Assembly: GCA_031835245.2 (NCBI GenBank) | Contig: JAVKOQ020000096.1 | Coordinates: 62,001-126,000, forward strand | Length of the DNA stretch: 64,000 nucleotides | Source: Balamuthia mandrillaris | Taxonomy: Eukaryota | Direction of reading: 5' to 3' | Part shown: one piece after another, positions 27,274 to 40,636 of the stretch | How the letters are laid out: each line of letters opens with the position of its first letter | Numbering within the stretch: the first letter of the stretch is position 1 | The notes under the pieces: generated by a model | The model's input: only the letters and a program-made list of their open reading frames with translations | What the model was told of the DNA's origin: nothing | The model's database searches: none | Position numbers and translations under genes: made by a program

Positions 27274-29793
27274 ATGGTGAACTTCACAGTTGAGCAGATC
27301 CGTGGGATCATGGATCAAAAGCAAAACATCCGTAACATGTCTGTGATTGCTCACGTGGATCACGGCAAGAGTACCCTCACCGACTCGCTCATCGGAGCTG
27401 CTGGCATTATTGCAGGCGCCAAGGTTGGAGAAGCCCGCTTCACTGACACTCGTCAGGACGAGCAGGACCGTTGCATCACCATCAAGTCCACTGGTGTCTC
27501 CCTCTACTACGAACTTCCCGACCACATCCCCTGCCCCAAGGACTCTGAGGGCCGTTCTTTCTTGATCAACTTGATCGATTCTCCGGGACACGTCGATTTC
27601 TCTTCTGAGGTGACTGCCGCTCTGCGTGTGACTGACGGTGCCTTGGTGGTCGTCGACTGTGTGGAGGGTGTCTGCGTGCAGACCGAAACCGTGCTCAGAC
27701 AGGCCCTCGGTGAGAGGATCAAGCCCGTGCTGATGGTCAACAAAATGGACCGCGCTCTCTTGGAGCTTCAGCTGGAGCAGGAGGAGGCCTACCAGAGCTT
27801 CTCCAAGACCATCGAGTCTGCCAACGTAATTATCTCTACCTACCACGACGAGAAGCTCGGTGACGTGCAGGTCTACCCCGACAAGGGTACCGTTGCCTTC
27901 GGATCCGGCCTTCACGGCTGGGGCTTCACCCTTGGCAAGTTTGCCGGCATGTACGCCTCCAAGTTCGGCGTTGAGAGGGAGAAGCTCATGAGCAAGCTCT
28001 GGGGAGACAACTTTTTCGATGCCAAGGCCAAGAAGTGGAAGAAGCAGCCTGTCAGCGATGACGGTAAGCCCCTCAAGCGCGCTTTCTGCCAGTTCGTGTT
28101 GGACCCCATCTACAAACTCTTCCACTCCATCATGAACCACGAGTCCGCCAAGGTGGAGAAGATGTTGAAGGCCCTCAACATCACCCTCAAGGGAGAAGAG
28201 AAGGACGAGACTGGCAAGCCTCTCCTCAAGACAGTCATGAAGAAGTTCTTGCCCGCCGCCGACGCCCTCTTGGAGATGATGATCCTCCACTTGCCCTCCC
28301 CCGTGAGAGCCCAAAAGTACCGTGTGGAGACCCTCTACGAAGGCCCCATGGATGACGAGTGCGCTGAGGGCATCCGCAACTGTGACCCCAACGCCCCCCT
28401 TATGTTGTACATCTCCAAGATGGTGCCTACCTCCGATAAGGGCCGTTTCTACGCCTTCGGTCGTGTCTTCTCCGGTACCGTCAGAACTGGCCAGAAGGTC
28501 CGCATCATGGGTCCCAACTACATTCCTGGCAAGAAGGACGATCTCTTCGTCAAGAACATCCAGCGTACTGTTCTGATGATGGGCCGCTATGTGGAGCCCG
28601 TCGAGGACGTACCCTGCGGTAACACCGTCGCCTTGGTCGGTATCGATCAGTACCTGCTCAAGAGCGGAACCATCTCTACTTCCGAGGCTGCTCACAACAT
28701 GAAGGTGATGAAGTTCTCTGTCTCACCTGTCGTGCGTGTGGCTGTGGAGCCCAAGAACCCCAGCGAGTTGCCCAAGCTCGTCGAAGGTCTTAAGCGTCTC
28801 TCCAAGTCTGACCCTTGCGTCAAGTGCTACATCGAGGAGAGCGGTGAACACATCGTTGCTGGTGCCGGAGAGCTCCATCTCGAAATTTGCCTGAAGGATC
28901 TCCAGGAGGAGTTCACTGGTATCGAGCTGATTACCTCTGACCCCGTCGTTTCCTTCCGTGAGACTGTTGGTGCCAAGTCTAGCATCACTTGTCTCTCCAA
29001 GTCTCCCAACAAGCACAACCGTCTCTACTTGGTTGCCGAGCCCTTCGCTGACGGTCTCTCCGAGGCCATCGAGGAGGGAGAGGTCGGCCATAAGGACGAC
29101 CCCAAGAGCCGTGCTCGCATCCTCAGCGAGAAGTACGGCTGGGACGTCGGAGATGCCCGTAAGATCTGGTGCTTCGGCCCCGAGACCACTGGTCCCAACA
29201 TCTTGGTGGACTGCACTAAGGGAGTTCAATACTTGAACGAAATCAAGGACAGCTTTGCCGCTGCCTTCCAGTGGGCCACCAAGGAGGGAGTCCTTTGCGA
29301 GGAGAACATGCGTGGCATCCGCTTCAACATTCTCGACGTGACCCTCCACTCCGACGCCATTCACAGGGGTGGCGGTCAGATCATCCCCACCGCCCGCCGC
29401 GTCCTCTACGCCTGCCAGCTCACCGCCCAGCCTCGTCTCCTTGAGCCCGTGTACTTGGTCGAGATTCAGTGCCCTGAGACCGCCATGGGTGGTATCTACT
29501 CTTGCCTCAACAGGCGTCGTGGTCACGTGATCTCTGAGGAGCAACGTCCCGGCACCCCCCTCTACAACGTCAAGGCTTACTTGCCTGTCATGGAGTCCTT
29601 CGGTTTCACCGCCGATCTCCGTTCTCAGACCTCTGGCCAGGCCTTCCCTCAGTGTGTGTTTGACCACTGGCAGGTCGTGCAGGGTGACCCCTTGGTGCCT
29701 GGCAAGGTTGCCGACATTGTCAACGGCGTCAGGAAGAGGAAGGGTCTCTCCGAGGGAATCCCCCCTCTGGACAAGTTCTTCGATAAGTTGTAA
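27274..29793 (+). CDS. EEF2: Eukaryotic translation elongation factor 2, intronless CDS
   Basis: [10 protein letters not shown]...[40 protein letters not shown], diphthamide loop [18 protein letters not shown]-terminal FFDKL. Strong codon bias. Confidence 0.99.
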   Translation: MVNFTVEQIRGIMDQKQNIRNMSVIAHVDHGKSTLTDSLIGAAGIIAGAKVGEARFTDTRQDEQDRCITIKSTGVSLYYELPDHIPCPKDSEGRSFLINLIDSPGHVDFSSEVTAALRVTDGALVVVDCVEGVCVQTETVLRQALGERIKPVLMVNKMDRALLELQLEQEEAYQSFSKTIESANVIISTYHDEKLGDVQVYPDKGTVAFGSGLHGWGFTLGKFAGMYASKFGVEREKLMSKLWGDNFFDAKAKKWKKQPVSDDGKPLKRAFCQFVLDPIYKLFHSIMNHESAKVEKMLKALNITLKGEEKDETGKPLLKTVMKKFLPAADALLEMMILHLPSPVRAQKYRVETLYEGPMDDECAEGIRNCDPNAPLMLYISKMVPTSDKGRFYAFGRVFSGTVRTGQKVRIMGPNYIPGKKDDLFVKNIQRTVLMMGRYVEPVEDVPCGNTVALVGIDQYLLKSGTISTSEAAHNMKVMKFSVSPVVRVAVEPKNPSELPKLVEGLKRLSKSDPCVKCYIEESGEHIVAGAGELHLEICLKDLQEEFTGIELITSDPVVSFRETVGAKSSITCLSKSPNKHNRLYLVAEPFADGLSEAIEEGEVGHKDDPKSRARILSEKYGWDVGDARKIWCFGPETTGPNILVDCTKGVQYLNEIKDSFAAAFQWATKEGVLCEENMRGIRFNILDVTLHSDAIHRGGGQIIPTARRVLYACQLTAQPRLLEPVYLVEIQCPETAMGGIYSCLNRRRGHVISEEQRPGTPLYNVKAYLPVMESFGFTADLRSQTSGQAFPQCVFDHWQVVQGDPLVPGKVADIVNGVRKRKGLSEGIPPLDKFFDKL

Positions 29794-30135
29794 AGCCTGC
29801 TGCTGTTTTCTCCCCCACAATACTATTATTTCCCCGCACACACCTTTCTCTTTTGTTTGCTGCCTCTCCCTCTCTCCTTGTCCTTTCTCTCTCGCCTTGA
29901 CCTTTCTAGCTCCATCATCGAGAGTTGGTGGCAAACGGTCCACGTCTTGGGATTGTTGTACAACACGTGCCCCTTGCATTGTGCGGCGCATTTTGGTGGG
30001 ACAAGATGTGAGCTAATCGCCGAAGATACTGGCACCTTTTCTTTTTATTGGCTTCGGCGAGAAGCAGTGGCACCTCTTTGCCCTTCTCGACCAACTATCT
30101 GTTATGTGCAAGCTTGTATTCCTTTCCTCCTCCTC

Positions 30136-30182
<47 letters not shown>

Positions 30183-30615
30183 GCTCCATCATCGTCCTAC
30201 GCTTTGTTGTTTGAGGGCAGGTGATGTTTCCAATTTTTTTTTCCTCTTTTGGAGGTTGTGGGATTTCCAACCTTCCTACACCACTACAAACTCATTGACC
30301 GACGTGTCTCCCCTAAGTAGTGCCGTGCTACTCCAACTACCACTCGCCTTCTCTCTGGGTGGTGGTTGGACGCAGCAACAAGCGCTATCAGTGCTATTTT
30401 TCTTTGGGTGGGCGTGCTTGCGTGCTTTCTTTTTCTTCTTCCTTTTCTTTGTCGACAAAAACTACCCTCAATTAATTCATTTTGAGGCGGAAAACTAACA
30501 CCCCAAAAAGACTAAAGCAGAAAACGGGGAGCCTTTCCGAGAGACAAGCGAAGCAGAGAGGCCCAACAAGACGGGTAGCCAACAACAACAAGGGTGAAAA
30601 AAAAATTAAAGTAGC

Positions 30616-33600
30616 ATGCAACGTCTTTGTTGTTTGGTGTGGTTCGCGGTGGCAGCGCTTCTCCTTGTTGCCCACTGTGCCTCTGCCCAACAAACATGCC
30701 CTGGCATCAGCGAGGTCAGTCGGCTGTCGATGTCGTTGTCTTTTGTTGTTGTTTCTTTGTTTTTTTTTTCCCCCTTTGAGTGTCATCCTAGATTATTCGT
30801 GTTCACATCCACACTTTGGGCTTCCTTCCAAACCCACAGAATACTTTCGACGACGAACTGGCAGACATCGAATGGATCCATGGAAAGGACGACCGTACCG
30901 TTGAGGTGGTGTTCGCAGCGACGCGAAACACGCTGACGTTGTTCAGAAGTTTGGACGAAGGGAAAAACTTTACCCCAGTGTCAGAAGCCAAGAAAATCTG
31001 GAGCATCACCAAAACCTCTGACCCTTCCACCGTAATTATTTGTTCTCCCCAACTCTTCATTTTCTTTTCATTTTCCTTTCTTTTCTTTTCTTTTCTTTTC
31101 TTTTCTTTTCTTTTCTTTTCTTTTCTTTTCTTTTCTTTTCTTTTCTTTTCTTTTCTTTTCTTTTCTTTTTCTTTTCTTTTCTTTTCTTTCTTTTCTTTTC
31201 TTTTCTTTTCTTTTCTTTTCTTTTCTTTTCTTTTCTTTTCTTTTCTTTTCTTTTCTTTTCTTTTCTTTTCTTTTCTTTTCTTTCTTTTCTTTTCTTTCTC
31301 TTTGTGGTTTCTGCTTTTCTTTCGTTCATTTCTTTCACTCTTGATCGTCGAGTTTGTTCGTTGTTCCTTTCTCACATTGTCTTTTATTCCCTTCTGGCAA
31401 CTTACATTTTTTTGTTTGTTACGTGGCAAAACCAAGGTTTACTTTTTGGGATTGTCGTCTCTTTATGTGACAACAGACAAAGGCAAGACGTTCCAGGAGC
31501 AGTTTAAGAACTACGACCTTTACGACTTTCAGCCTCACCCTGATGATCCCACTAAAGCCCTTGCCCTCACATGGAGCACTAATTGCTTCGATTCCAGCGC
31601 AGAGGGAGAGTGCCAATATGAGGTTTACTCCATTCTCATTCTTCCATTTACCATCTTCTCCTTATTTTTATTGACAAACTTTGCAGCTGTTTTTGTTGGA
31701 AGAATATGGAGCAAAGAGCAAATCTGTTGCCAAGTACGTGTCTCAGTTTACATGGGGCAACGAGAGCAATACCATTCTTTACACCTCTTGGCCCGAATCC
31801 GTTGTGAAAGGAAAGCAACAATACTCTCTCAACTATTGGGACTGTCATCTTTATGTCTCTCATGACGTTTTAGCAACTCCTGCTGTCGCTGGTACTGTTA
31901 CTTTCTATTCTTAACTCATTTCTTCTTCCGAGTGACTGAATCACTGACTAATCGTAACAAACCTGATTGACAATGCGATAGTGATGGATCACGTGGGAGC
32001 AATCTTGATGAGCGGAGACAATCTTTGGGTAGCGATCATCGAAGATAAAACCACTCAAGAGCTCGGTTTGTTACGCAGCCTTGATGACGGCAGGCATTTC
32101 GACATTGCCCTCTTTCCTAAAGGAGAAGAAGTGGACGAAAAGGTTTGTTGTTGTTTCGCTACGACCTTTTGGGTTCTCATTCAGCTCATTATCTTTGTAA
32201 ATTCGCAGAGGTATACTTTGTTGGAAGTAACGGATGATGCGACCTTTGTCAACGTGGATCATAGCGACGATGCTAAATGGGGCACTGTCTACACGACCAA
32301 CGGCAGAGACACCCGCTTCACTGAAAGTCTTCCTTACAATGTGCGAAGCGTTTCTGGTACAGCTCTGTCTGTCCTCATTTTTCTTCTCCTTTGTATCTTT
32401 ATCCCTGAATAACGTACAAATGTATTGATTACCACTTTATCATCCAAAAAAAAAAAAAAAAAAAAAAAGGAGGAGTTGACTTCAGACCTCTCTCTGGATT
32501 GAGTGGCATTTACTTAGCCAATCAATACATCGTCACAGATCCTGAAGCAGGCCCTTCTGACATGATTCATACCCTTATTAGCTACGATCAAGGTGCGCAA
32601 TGGCGAACCTTGACGCCTCCTTCTGTAGATTCGGAAGGAAAGACCATTGTTTGCGAAGACTGCACTTTGAACCTGTTTGGCAATTCTCAACCTCAGCACC
32701 CTCAAATCTACTCCACCGAAACCGCCATCGGTCTTATTATTTCTGCTGGTACCTCTTCTCTTTCTTTCTCCACTGCTTTGCGTTTTCTGTTAACAATTTG
32801 TTCTCTATCTTTTGTATTGTAGGAGTGGTGGGCCCCCTTTCGCCAAATGGACAGGTTTCTTCAAATCCAATTAACACATATTTCTCGAGAGATGCTGGTG
32901 TCACCTGGTCGGAGGTGGCCAAAGGCCCTCACATATATGATGTACTTACCTCTATGTGTTATTTCTTTATCCTTTTCTTCTTTCGTTTCATCTTCCAACC
33001 GTTATTCCTTTAACAAAAATAGTTCGCAAATCATGGTTCTCTCATTCTTATCGCTGATGCTTCCCGGCCTACTAAAGACATCAAGTATATCGCTCTCGCT
33101 CTCTCGCTTCTTTTTGAACTACAACTAACGTTATGAACAATTAGGTATTCAATGAACCAAGGCCTATCTTGGCAATCTTGTCAGATCTCCTCAACAGAGG
33201 TCTCTGTGATCAACATTCTCACCGAACCCACTAACACTGGATTGAGCTTCCTCGTTTACGGTCGAAGAGCCGGCAAAGCTGTTCTCATCCACATCGACTT
33301 TAAGAGTCTTCACATGCCCGAATGTACTTGGCTTTCTCTTCTCCATTCTTCATTCGTCGAAGAGTAACTAATCACTCCGATAAAGGTGGTTCGAATGACT
33401 ATGAGACGTTCTCACCGGATCCATCGGGGGATAAGTGCTTCATGGGCGCCATTTGGGAGTACACTCGCAGGAAGGCCGACAGCGCCTGCTTCAACAAGAA
33501 ACTCTTTGAGAGCTCCACTCTTATTCACAGTTGTCCTTGCAAACGTGAAGATTATGAATGGTTCTCTCCTCTCTTTATTCTTTTTTTTTTTTTTTTGCTT

Positions 33601-34416
33601 TGTGCTAATGTTTTACCAAAAATGAATGCAGCGATTATTGCTATCGTCCAGTCGTGGAAGAGCCCGGCACTGAGCCTGTTTGTGAATTGGCATGTCCTGG
33701 CTACGAGCCCTCTGAACCATACGTCTGTGAAGACGTTTGGCACAAGTCACAAGGGTTTGCTTTCCTTTCTTTTCCCTATCTTCGTGTTATCTTCTAACGC
33801 ATACTTTTCCTTCCAATCAAAAACAAGTTATCGAAAACTATCAGGCAATCATTGCACTGGAAAAGACAACCCAGAGGTTGCCAAATACGAACCCATCGAA
33901 ACGCCCTGTCAGCACAAGACTGATGGCGACGACAACGACGACGACGATGACGATCACGTTAGTGCCGGAAAAGCCGTCTTCTTCATTTTCTTCTTTTTGG
34001 TAATGATTGGACTGGTGGCTGGCTTCATTTTCTTCATTGTGGCGCTTCGCAAGAGCCCATCGTTTGCACGTCGTATGAGGCCTTACGTGCCCGGTTTCCT
34101 GCTTCCTGACACCATCACTTTCGTTGCTGCTGGTTTGTGTTTCTTTCTCTCTTCTTTTTGCCTTGCGCTCTTCTTTTTGAGCACAGAAAACGAGAACTAA
34201 CGAAACAAACAACAAACAGAGGATGGAGGCGGGATGGCAGTATGGAACAACCCATTGCCAGGAAGCGGGGGTGACGTTGTCGGCAGAAACGTCTTCGGCA
34301 CGGAAGAAGACGACGATGACTTGGACATGGACGCCGTGGCGGAGGAGCTGGACGGCGACAAGATCGATGAGTTCTCTCGTTCTTCTCGTGCGGATGCTGA
34401 CGATCTGTTCCACTGA
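30616..34416 (+). CDS. Vps10/sortilin-family sorting receptor (multi-exon)
   Basis: Signal peptide, several BNR/Asp-box motifs (FRSLDEGKNF, YVTTDKGKTF, ISYDQGAQW, YFSRDAGVTW), GIYLAN, 10CC module (CFMGAIWEYTRRKADSACFN...CPCKREDYEC), one TM helix and an acidic tail. Confidence 0.9.
31066..31300. repeat. Intronic (TTTTC)n microsatellite
   Basis: Directly visible. Confidence 0.95.
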
Positions 34417-34500
34417 AAGGGAAGAAGAAGTACATATAAAAGTGGGTTTTTTAGTTTTAGTTTTAACTTCTTTGTGTTGCGAGAAGAGAGGTTTTATTTT

Positions 34501-34577
34501 TTAGTGACTCTGTACAGCTCCTTCTTTGATGATACTCTGTTGTTCCATGGTTTTGATCAAGCCTTGTCCTGTAAAGC

Positions 34578-34609
<32 letters not shown>

Positions 34610-35176
34610 TTATGAGGAGAAAGAGAGAGCAAGAGAGTTGAGGATAGAGAGAGGTGAGGGAGAGAAGTTAAGAGAAAGAACAAAAAGAAAAGCAAAGATG
34701 ATCGAAGAAAGGGAAACCTGTTGTGATGGGAAAGGTGTGCCATTTTTCCTTGGAGGGTCCTTTGCAGATGAGAAAGCAAGGAAAGCAGCTTATGCCGTAT
34801 TTCTCGGTTGCTTGTTCGTCACACTCTGCGTCGCTCACTCGCACGCAGACGGCCAAAGGGGCTTCTCTGTTCGTCACCTCAATCAGTACGGTCACCAAAG
34901 ACACCACAAGTGAGACTTTCTTCTGTTTTGTTACCTTGCTATTTGTTCAAAGACAGGGGCCAGAGAACTTTGGTGTTGTGATGCAGAAAAGAAACGAAAG
35001 ATCGTGAGCGAAGCAGAAAAGTTGAAAAAAAAGAAGGGGTGAAGAGGAGAAGCAGGATCAACGCACAAATGAAGGGGTGCGCCATCCTCGTAAAAGTAAA
35101 CCAGCACGGGGTGCAATGGGGAAGCATCCTTGATGAGGTCATATAGCTCAAACTCTTTCGCCTCTTTCACCACCAT
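34501..35176 (-). CDS. Small thioredoxin-fold protein lacking CxxC (4 exons)
   Basis: Spliced model MVVKEAKEFELYDLIKDASPLHPVLVYFYEDGAPLHFSLAPVFEQIAREAPLAVCVRVSDAECDEQATEKYGISCFPCFLICKG... follows the Trx pattern (PVLVxF, LAPxFExxA, KYGIxxxPxF). Confidence 0.65.
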
Positions 35177-35624
35177 TTTTGTTTTTCTTTCAAGAAAAAA
35201 TAAAATTAACACTTTGCTTGTTAGTAGTCCAATGGTTCCTCTTGTGTAAGGAGTCCAAGGGGTTCCCAATCCTTGTTCTCTTCCCAAAGCTCGTCAAAAT
35301 CCTCTTTTTCTTTGGCAAAGAATGAAGCGGCCAAAGGAGGAGCATTGGAAGCAAAATGTGGATCCCACACGCTCCTCGGGAACGGCCTCCTTCATACGCT
35401 GGTCACCTGTTTCCAGCTTTTCTGGCACTTGCTCTCCCACTTTTCCTTTGGTGTTGGAGCAGTGCTTGACTGCAGAGCTCTGCAAGGAGGAGGGAATGCA
35501 CCTTCCTTCCCGCTTTCTGTCCATGAGCTTGGTGAGCATCCTACCTCCTTTCTGCATTACTGAGCTGTAGCATGGCCCTTCGTCGTCAATGCTATCGCTA
35601 TCGAAATCATTCTCACCGTTTTTT

Positions 35625-35990
35625 TTATCTACCATTGCCATTGAGGCAGTCTCCAAGCGATGAAGCCACAAGCGAGGTTACCCGAAGGCTCCGGTATTTC
35701 TTTGTTTTCTTTGAACCAAGAAAGAGCTGCGATGGAGTGTGCCCTTGTTGAGCCGCTCTGAGTAGCATTGCTTCTTCATCATCCGTTTGCAAAGCAAGGT
35801 TGAACATGGATGGAAGATGACCTTGTCGTGCAGCTGCTCGTAGCCATGTTATAGCTTTGTCTTCATCTTCAGTCGCGCCCCTTCCACAATAGAAACACAC
35901 AGCAAGGTTGTATCTCGCCACTGCAATGATAGTTGTGTTGAGGCCGTCGTTGTTTTTCATTTTGTTCTTGAATGGACAGCTGGCGCCCAC
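35625..35990 (-). CDS. Sel1-like repeat fragment (short gene or pseudogene)
   Basis: ARYNLAVCFYCGRGATEDEDKAITWLRAAARQGHLPSMFNLA...LLRAAQQGHTPSQLFLG. Start is unclear. Confidence 0.6.
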   Translation of the reverse strand: MGASCPFKNKMKNNDGLNTTIIAVARYNLAVCFYCGRGATEDEDKAITWLRAAARQGHLPSMFNLALQTDDEEAMLLRAAQQGHTPSQLFLGSKKTKKYRSLRVTSLVASSLGDCLNGNGR

Positions 35991-36237
35991 GTTTGGAAGC
36001 CGTTTCGTTTTGGCCGCAGGAGGTGTTCTCTTCGCCTGGCAAAAAGATCAGCCGCTACTCTTTTCATGTGGGCTGTTTTCGTCGACGTTGATACTCCTTC
36101 TGAATTTTGTTCTTGGAAAAATTTAACCCATCGATTTTCCCGCTATTTTTGATGTCGACGCTTTATCGTAGCAGCTTCTTTTGAATTTTGATTGGTTGTG
36201 TTCTCGCAATTTATCTAGATCAATTTTTGGCTGCGCG

Positions 36238-38743
36238 TCAGGAGACATGGAGGAAGCCAAAGATAAGCTTCGAGGCAGGGTGGCCGCTGTCCTTGCATCC
36301 CTTCTCCGCTTCGGCCAGGTTGCGTTGGTAGTTGCTCACGGTTTTATCTTTGGAGGAGGGGGAGGAAGGAGAGCTCAGTTGAATGGCTTTTTGGAAGGCT
36401 GTTTTGGCGGCTTCCCACTTTGTTGTGGTGTTGTTCTCCGAAGAAGCAGCTTTGGCCAAAGCGACTCCTTTGAGGTTCCATGCCCACGCAGCATAGTACG
36501 CGGTAGGAGAAGAGGTCACCGTATCCAACACCTCCAGAGCTTCTTTGGCTTTACCTTGGTGCAAGTACAAACATGCTTCGGCGAGAAAAAAGCTATCAGA
36601 AAAGAAAGAGGAAGAGAAGAGTGAAAGCACAAACCAAGATTCATCTCCGCAACGGTTTCGTACTGATGATGCTGCCTGGGCAACTTCATGGCAAATCGCA
36701 ACATCTTCTCGGCCTCCTCTTGCCTTCCCAACTTCCACAGCACCACCCCGGCATCATGCCAGGCATGGGCGTGCCATTGCTTTGTGGGCTTCCTCTCGGT
36801 GATGACCTCATAGTACTCCAAAGCCTTCTGCGGTTGGCTGCGAAGGTAATAGTACTTCCCCAGACGTCCGGCGGCATCGGCATAGTCGGAGTCGATGGCC
36901 AGCGCAACCTCGTAATGCTTGAGAGCCTCGTCGTGCTTGCCAACCTGTTCCAAGGAGATGGCGTGGTTGTACCGCACCTTGGCGCTGTCGGGACACACCG
37001 CCATGGCGCTGGCGAAGAGGGTTCCGTTGGATTGCCAATCCAAGTTGCGGGTCCACGTCCGCACGGAGAAGCAGAGAAGAATGACCAGAACGACTGCCCA
37101 GAAGAGAAGGAAGCGTAGCCGTTGGTTCTTTGGCCTTTCTACTTCTGTCGTTTGCGCTTGCACCTTAGCAACAGGAGTGGAAGGAGACAAAAAGGTTGGA
37201 GTGGACGAAGAAAGAAGGTTGGAGAGGAGGTAGGATAAACCGAGGCAGAAGCCGACGGAAGGAAGGTAGAGGACGCGCTCCGCGAGAACAGTTGCAGGGA
37301 AGAAGAACAACTGGCTGGCAGGAAGGAACGGCAGCGCAAACCAAAGGAAGCTCATCCAATAGGCCTCTCTGCACCTCCTTTCCACCACCCAAAAGACAGT
37401 GGCCGCCAGGAAGGCCGCTACCACCGCCCACAACGCTAAGATGAGCAACACCCTTGGTTCCTGGCGAGGGTCAAGGCTCGGAATCAACGCTGGTATGCAG
37501 TCGAAGGAATAGTCAGCGGAGAGGTGAAAAGGGAAGAAGAGCAACAAGATGTAACGGGCATGCAGATGGAAGATAGAAAGCCACATAGCGAGAGAACCAC
37601 CAGCAGGTGTGGCGGATGGCATTGATGAGGCTTCCTCTGTGATGAAGGCGATGGGGTTGTGAAGCTTTCGCATGCGAATGTCGGCAATGGAACCAACGTG
37701 CATTCTCCGATGAAGTATGTAACCACAGGCTACGAACCCCATAAAGAAGCATCTAAAAACGAAGTGTTTCCATGAAGAAGAAGACCCAGGTTTGCTTTTG
37801 GAGGATCTGCGAAACTGAAAGTTCTGCTGGAGAACGTCCCAGGCAAGGCATACACCAGCCACGGTGATGCCAATCTCTTTGGAGTACGTAGCTAACAACA
37901 GGGAGAACGTGCTTGCTGTTAGGAACACGGCCTTTCTAAGCCAGAACCAACTTTGAGATGCCTGTGTTGGAGAAGAAGAAAAAGAAGCTGCTTTGACGTA
38001 AGCAAGGAAGCAGAGCAATGAAAAGATGCCACAGAGAGCCTCCGCACGACCCACAACACTGTCGATCGCATCTGTGTGGATGGGGTGAACGGCGAAGAGC
38101 AGAGCTGCGAGAAAGGAAGCAGCCCGATTCCCGTGGAGAACCACCAAGGCTACATAGTAGAGCAAGTAACATACGAGCGAGTGGCAGATGACGTTAAGCA
38201 AGTGGTAGCCAAACGTGTTTAAACCATGAGCAAGATAGTTGAGGCGAAATGTTAAAACTGTGAATGGTCGAAAAGACTTGACGGAGCAGCGCACAAAGCA
38301 GAAGAGAACAAGATGCAGCAGGAGGAGCAGCAACCCAAAGAGAGAAGCGTGAGAAAAGTATCTTTGAAACTCAGTAAGTTTGGTCAAACCTTATGGCTCC
38401 ATACACCAGGAGTATTAATGGGGTTTCCCCAAAAGTCATGTTTCCAGAGCTCACTCCAGGGTGTTTCTGGCCGCAAGTCCATGTTTGTCTGGACAGCTCC
38501 TAGGTCATCGTAGACAAACTCTCCCCACAGACCGTTTACGAAGACGAGAAATCCTATAGCCGCTGCAATGGTAGGGGCCGCAACGTTCATCCACCGGTCA
38601 CACCACAAACCAACAGTCTTTGTGGCACTCGTCTCTCCTTTCCTGTCCGCGGTGCGCCCCTTCTTTCTCGGTCCCTTTCTTAGCCTCAAAGAACTGGCGC
38701 CCTGTTCACAAGCAGTCTTTTGGCTTTCAAGGTGACGCTTCAT
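36238..38743 (-). CDS. TMTC-family protein O-mannosyltransferase (GT-C fold, DUF1736, TPR repeats)
   Basis: EFVYDDLGAV, HDFWG, SHKSFRPFTVLTFRLN, LFAVHPIHTDAIDSVVGRAE, KEIGIT, LSADYSFDCIP, AERVLYLPSVG, TWTRNLDW, then TPR repeats. Confidence 0.93.
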
Positions 38744-39088
38744 CCTAGGTGGCTCTCAGCTGCAGCACCCACATAAGAAGGGCAGCTCCCAATCGTCCAC
38801 AGCGCGGCTCCTTCTGGCCTCCAATTTGTTTTGGCTTCTTTGTGGAAGAGACGCGCCACAACCAGTCCATCTGTGCTGCACGTAAGGAGCAACATTCGTG
38901 CACATTTACTCTTAATTCCCCGATGTTCCATCCTCGGAGAATTACGTCATCCATTCCCTTTTGGAGACATACCTTAATTCACCACTTTAAGGCGTAGCCA
39001 CAGCAAAAAGAAAAACAAACAAACAGCGTAGCGCGTAACTGCAGAAGAAGTTGGTCGTTTTTTTTCTCTGCCAAAAAGGAAGTTGCTC

Positions 39089-39243
39089 ATGCAGGCCGCC
39101 AAATCGCCCGACACGACCCTCGACCTCACAGAGCCTTCTCCCGCTCCACCTGGGAGCATTGTTGCTGCGCGCAGGCTCAACAGGATCGGCAGCCACATTC
39201 TGCCTCAGCCCACAGCCGCTGATGACAATGATGAGTGCGTAGT

Positions 39244-39274
<31 letters not shown>

Positions 39275-40602
39275 CTCTCTCTTGCTCTCTCTCTTTCCTC
39301 TCTCTCTGTTTCGTTCCTTTGCTTCTTTCTTCTCTCTACTTGTGTTGCTGATTCTTTTGAAACAAAAAAAAAAAACAAAACAGAACGCAAGCCAAAGCAC
39401 CGTCTCAAGACCACGGCAGCTTGACGGTAATCGACAACCGTACCGGCAAGAAAATACAAGTTCCGCTCTATTACAACACCTTCAAGGCAGCTGCTTTCAA
39501 AGACCTTGGTCTCAAGTATGTTTTTGTTTTGTTCTGTTATGTTTTCTTTCTTGTCTCTTTTACAGTTTCTTTCTTGTCGTTTCTTGTCGTTGCTTTCTTT
39601 TCGATTTTCACTCTCTGACTTTTTCCATCAAAAAGGTCTTATGACCCATCGTACGCGTTTACGGCCTCTGCCACTTCTCGTATCACTTTTATCGATGGTG
39701 GCAAGGGTATTCTTCGCTACAGGGGTTATCCCATCGAGGAGCTCGCCGAGAAATCCTCCTTCCTGGAGGTGGCCTACCTGCTCATCAAGGGAGAGCTCCC
39801 CGATCAGGAGGAGTTCAACCGCTTCCAGGATAGGATCATGCAGCACACTTATATCCATGAGAACCTGGTCTCCCTCATGAAGAACTTTCGTTATGACTCG
39901 CATCCTATGGGTCAGGTCATCAGCTCTATTGCTGCTCTCTCCACCTTCTATCCTGAAGCCAACGCTTCTCTCTCCGTAAGCTCTCTCCTCTTTTCTCTCA
40001 CTCTTTCTCTCTTCCACCTTTGTTCTCTTGTTATCTCGGCTCGTCTAACCACCTGTGTACAATAGGGTCAAGGCATTTACAAGAGTGAAAAGATTCGTAA
40101 CAAGCAAATCTACAGAATCATTGGCAAGTTGCCAACCATTGCGGCATGTGCCTACAGACACAGGATTGGCCGTCCTTACAATGAGCCTCTCAACCACCTT
40201 TCCTACACTGAAAACTTTCTGTACATGCTTGATCACCTTCAGGTCTCTCTTTTATATCCCTTGTCGTATTCTTGCTTTTCTCATGCCGCCTGTTTCTGTT
40301 TCATACGATACAGGAGAAAGATTACAAGCCACACCCAACATTGGTGAGAGCATTGGACGTACTCTTTATCCTTCACGCTGACCACGAGCTTAACTGCTCC
40401 ACTGCTGCAATGAGACACATTGCCAGCAGTCTTGCCGATCCTTATACCGCCGTTGCTGGTGCTGCTGGTGCACTCTATGGTCCTCTCCACGGCGGCGCCA
40501 ACGAAGCTGTGCTACGCATGTTGGAGGACATTGGCTCTGTAGACAAAGTCTCTGAGTTCTTGGAGGGCGTGAAGAACAAGAAGAGAAAGTTGATGGGGTA
40601 AC

Positions 40603-40636
<34 letters not shown>

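Noticed and set aside
27250..29991. Long minus-strand ORFs (481 aa and 422 aa) opposite eEF2
   Set aside because: Antisense shadows caused by strong codon bias of eEF2; no recognisable motifs.
30803..31507. KEKKR and FFSFL repeat ORFs
   Set aside because: Translations of the intronic (TTTTC)n tract.
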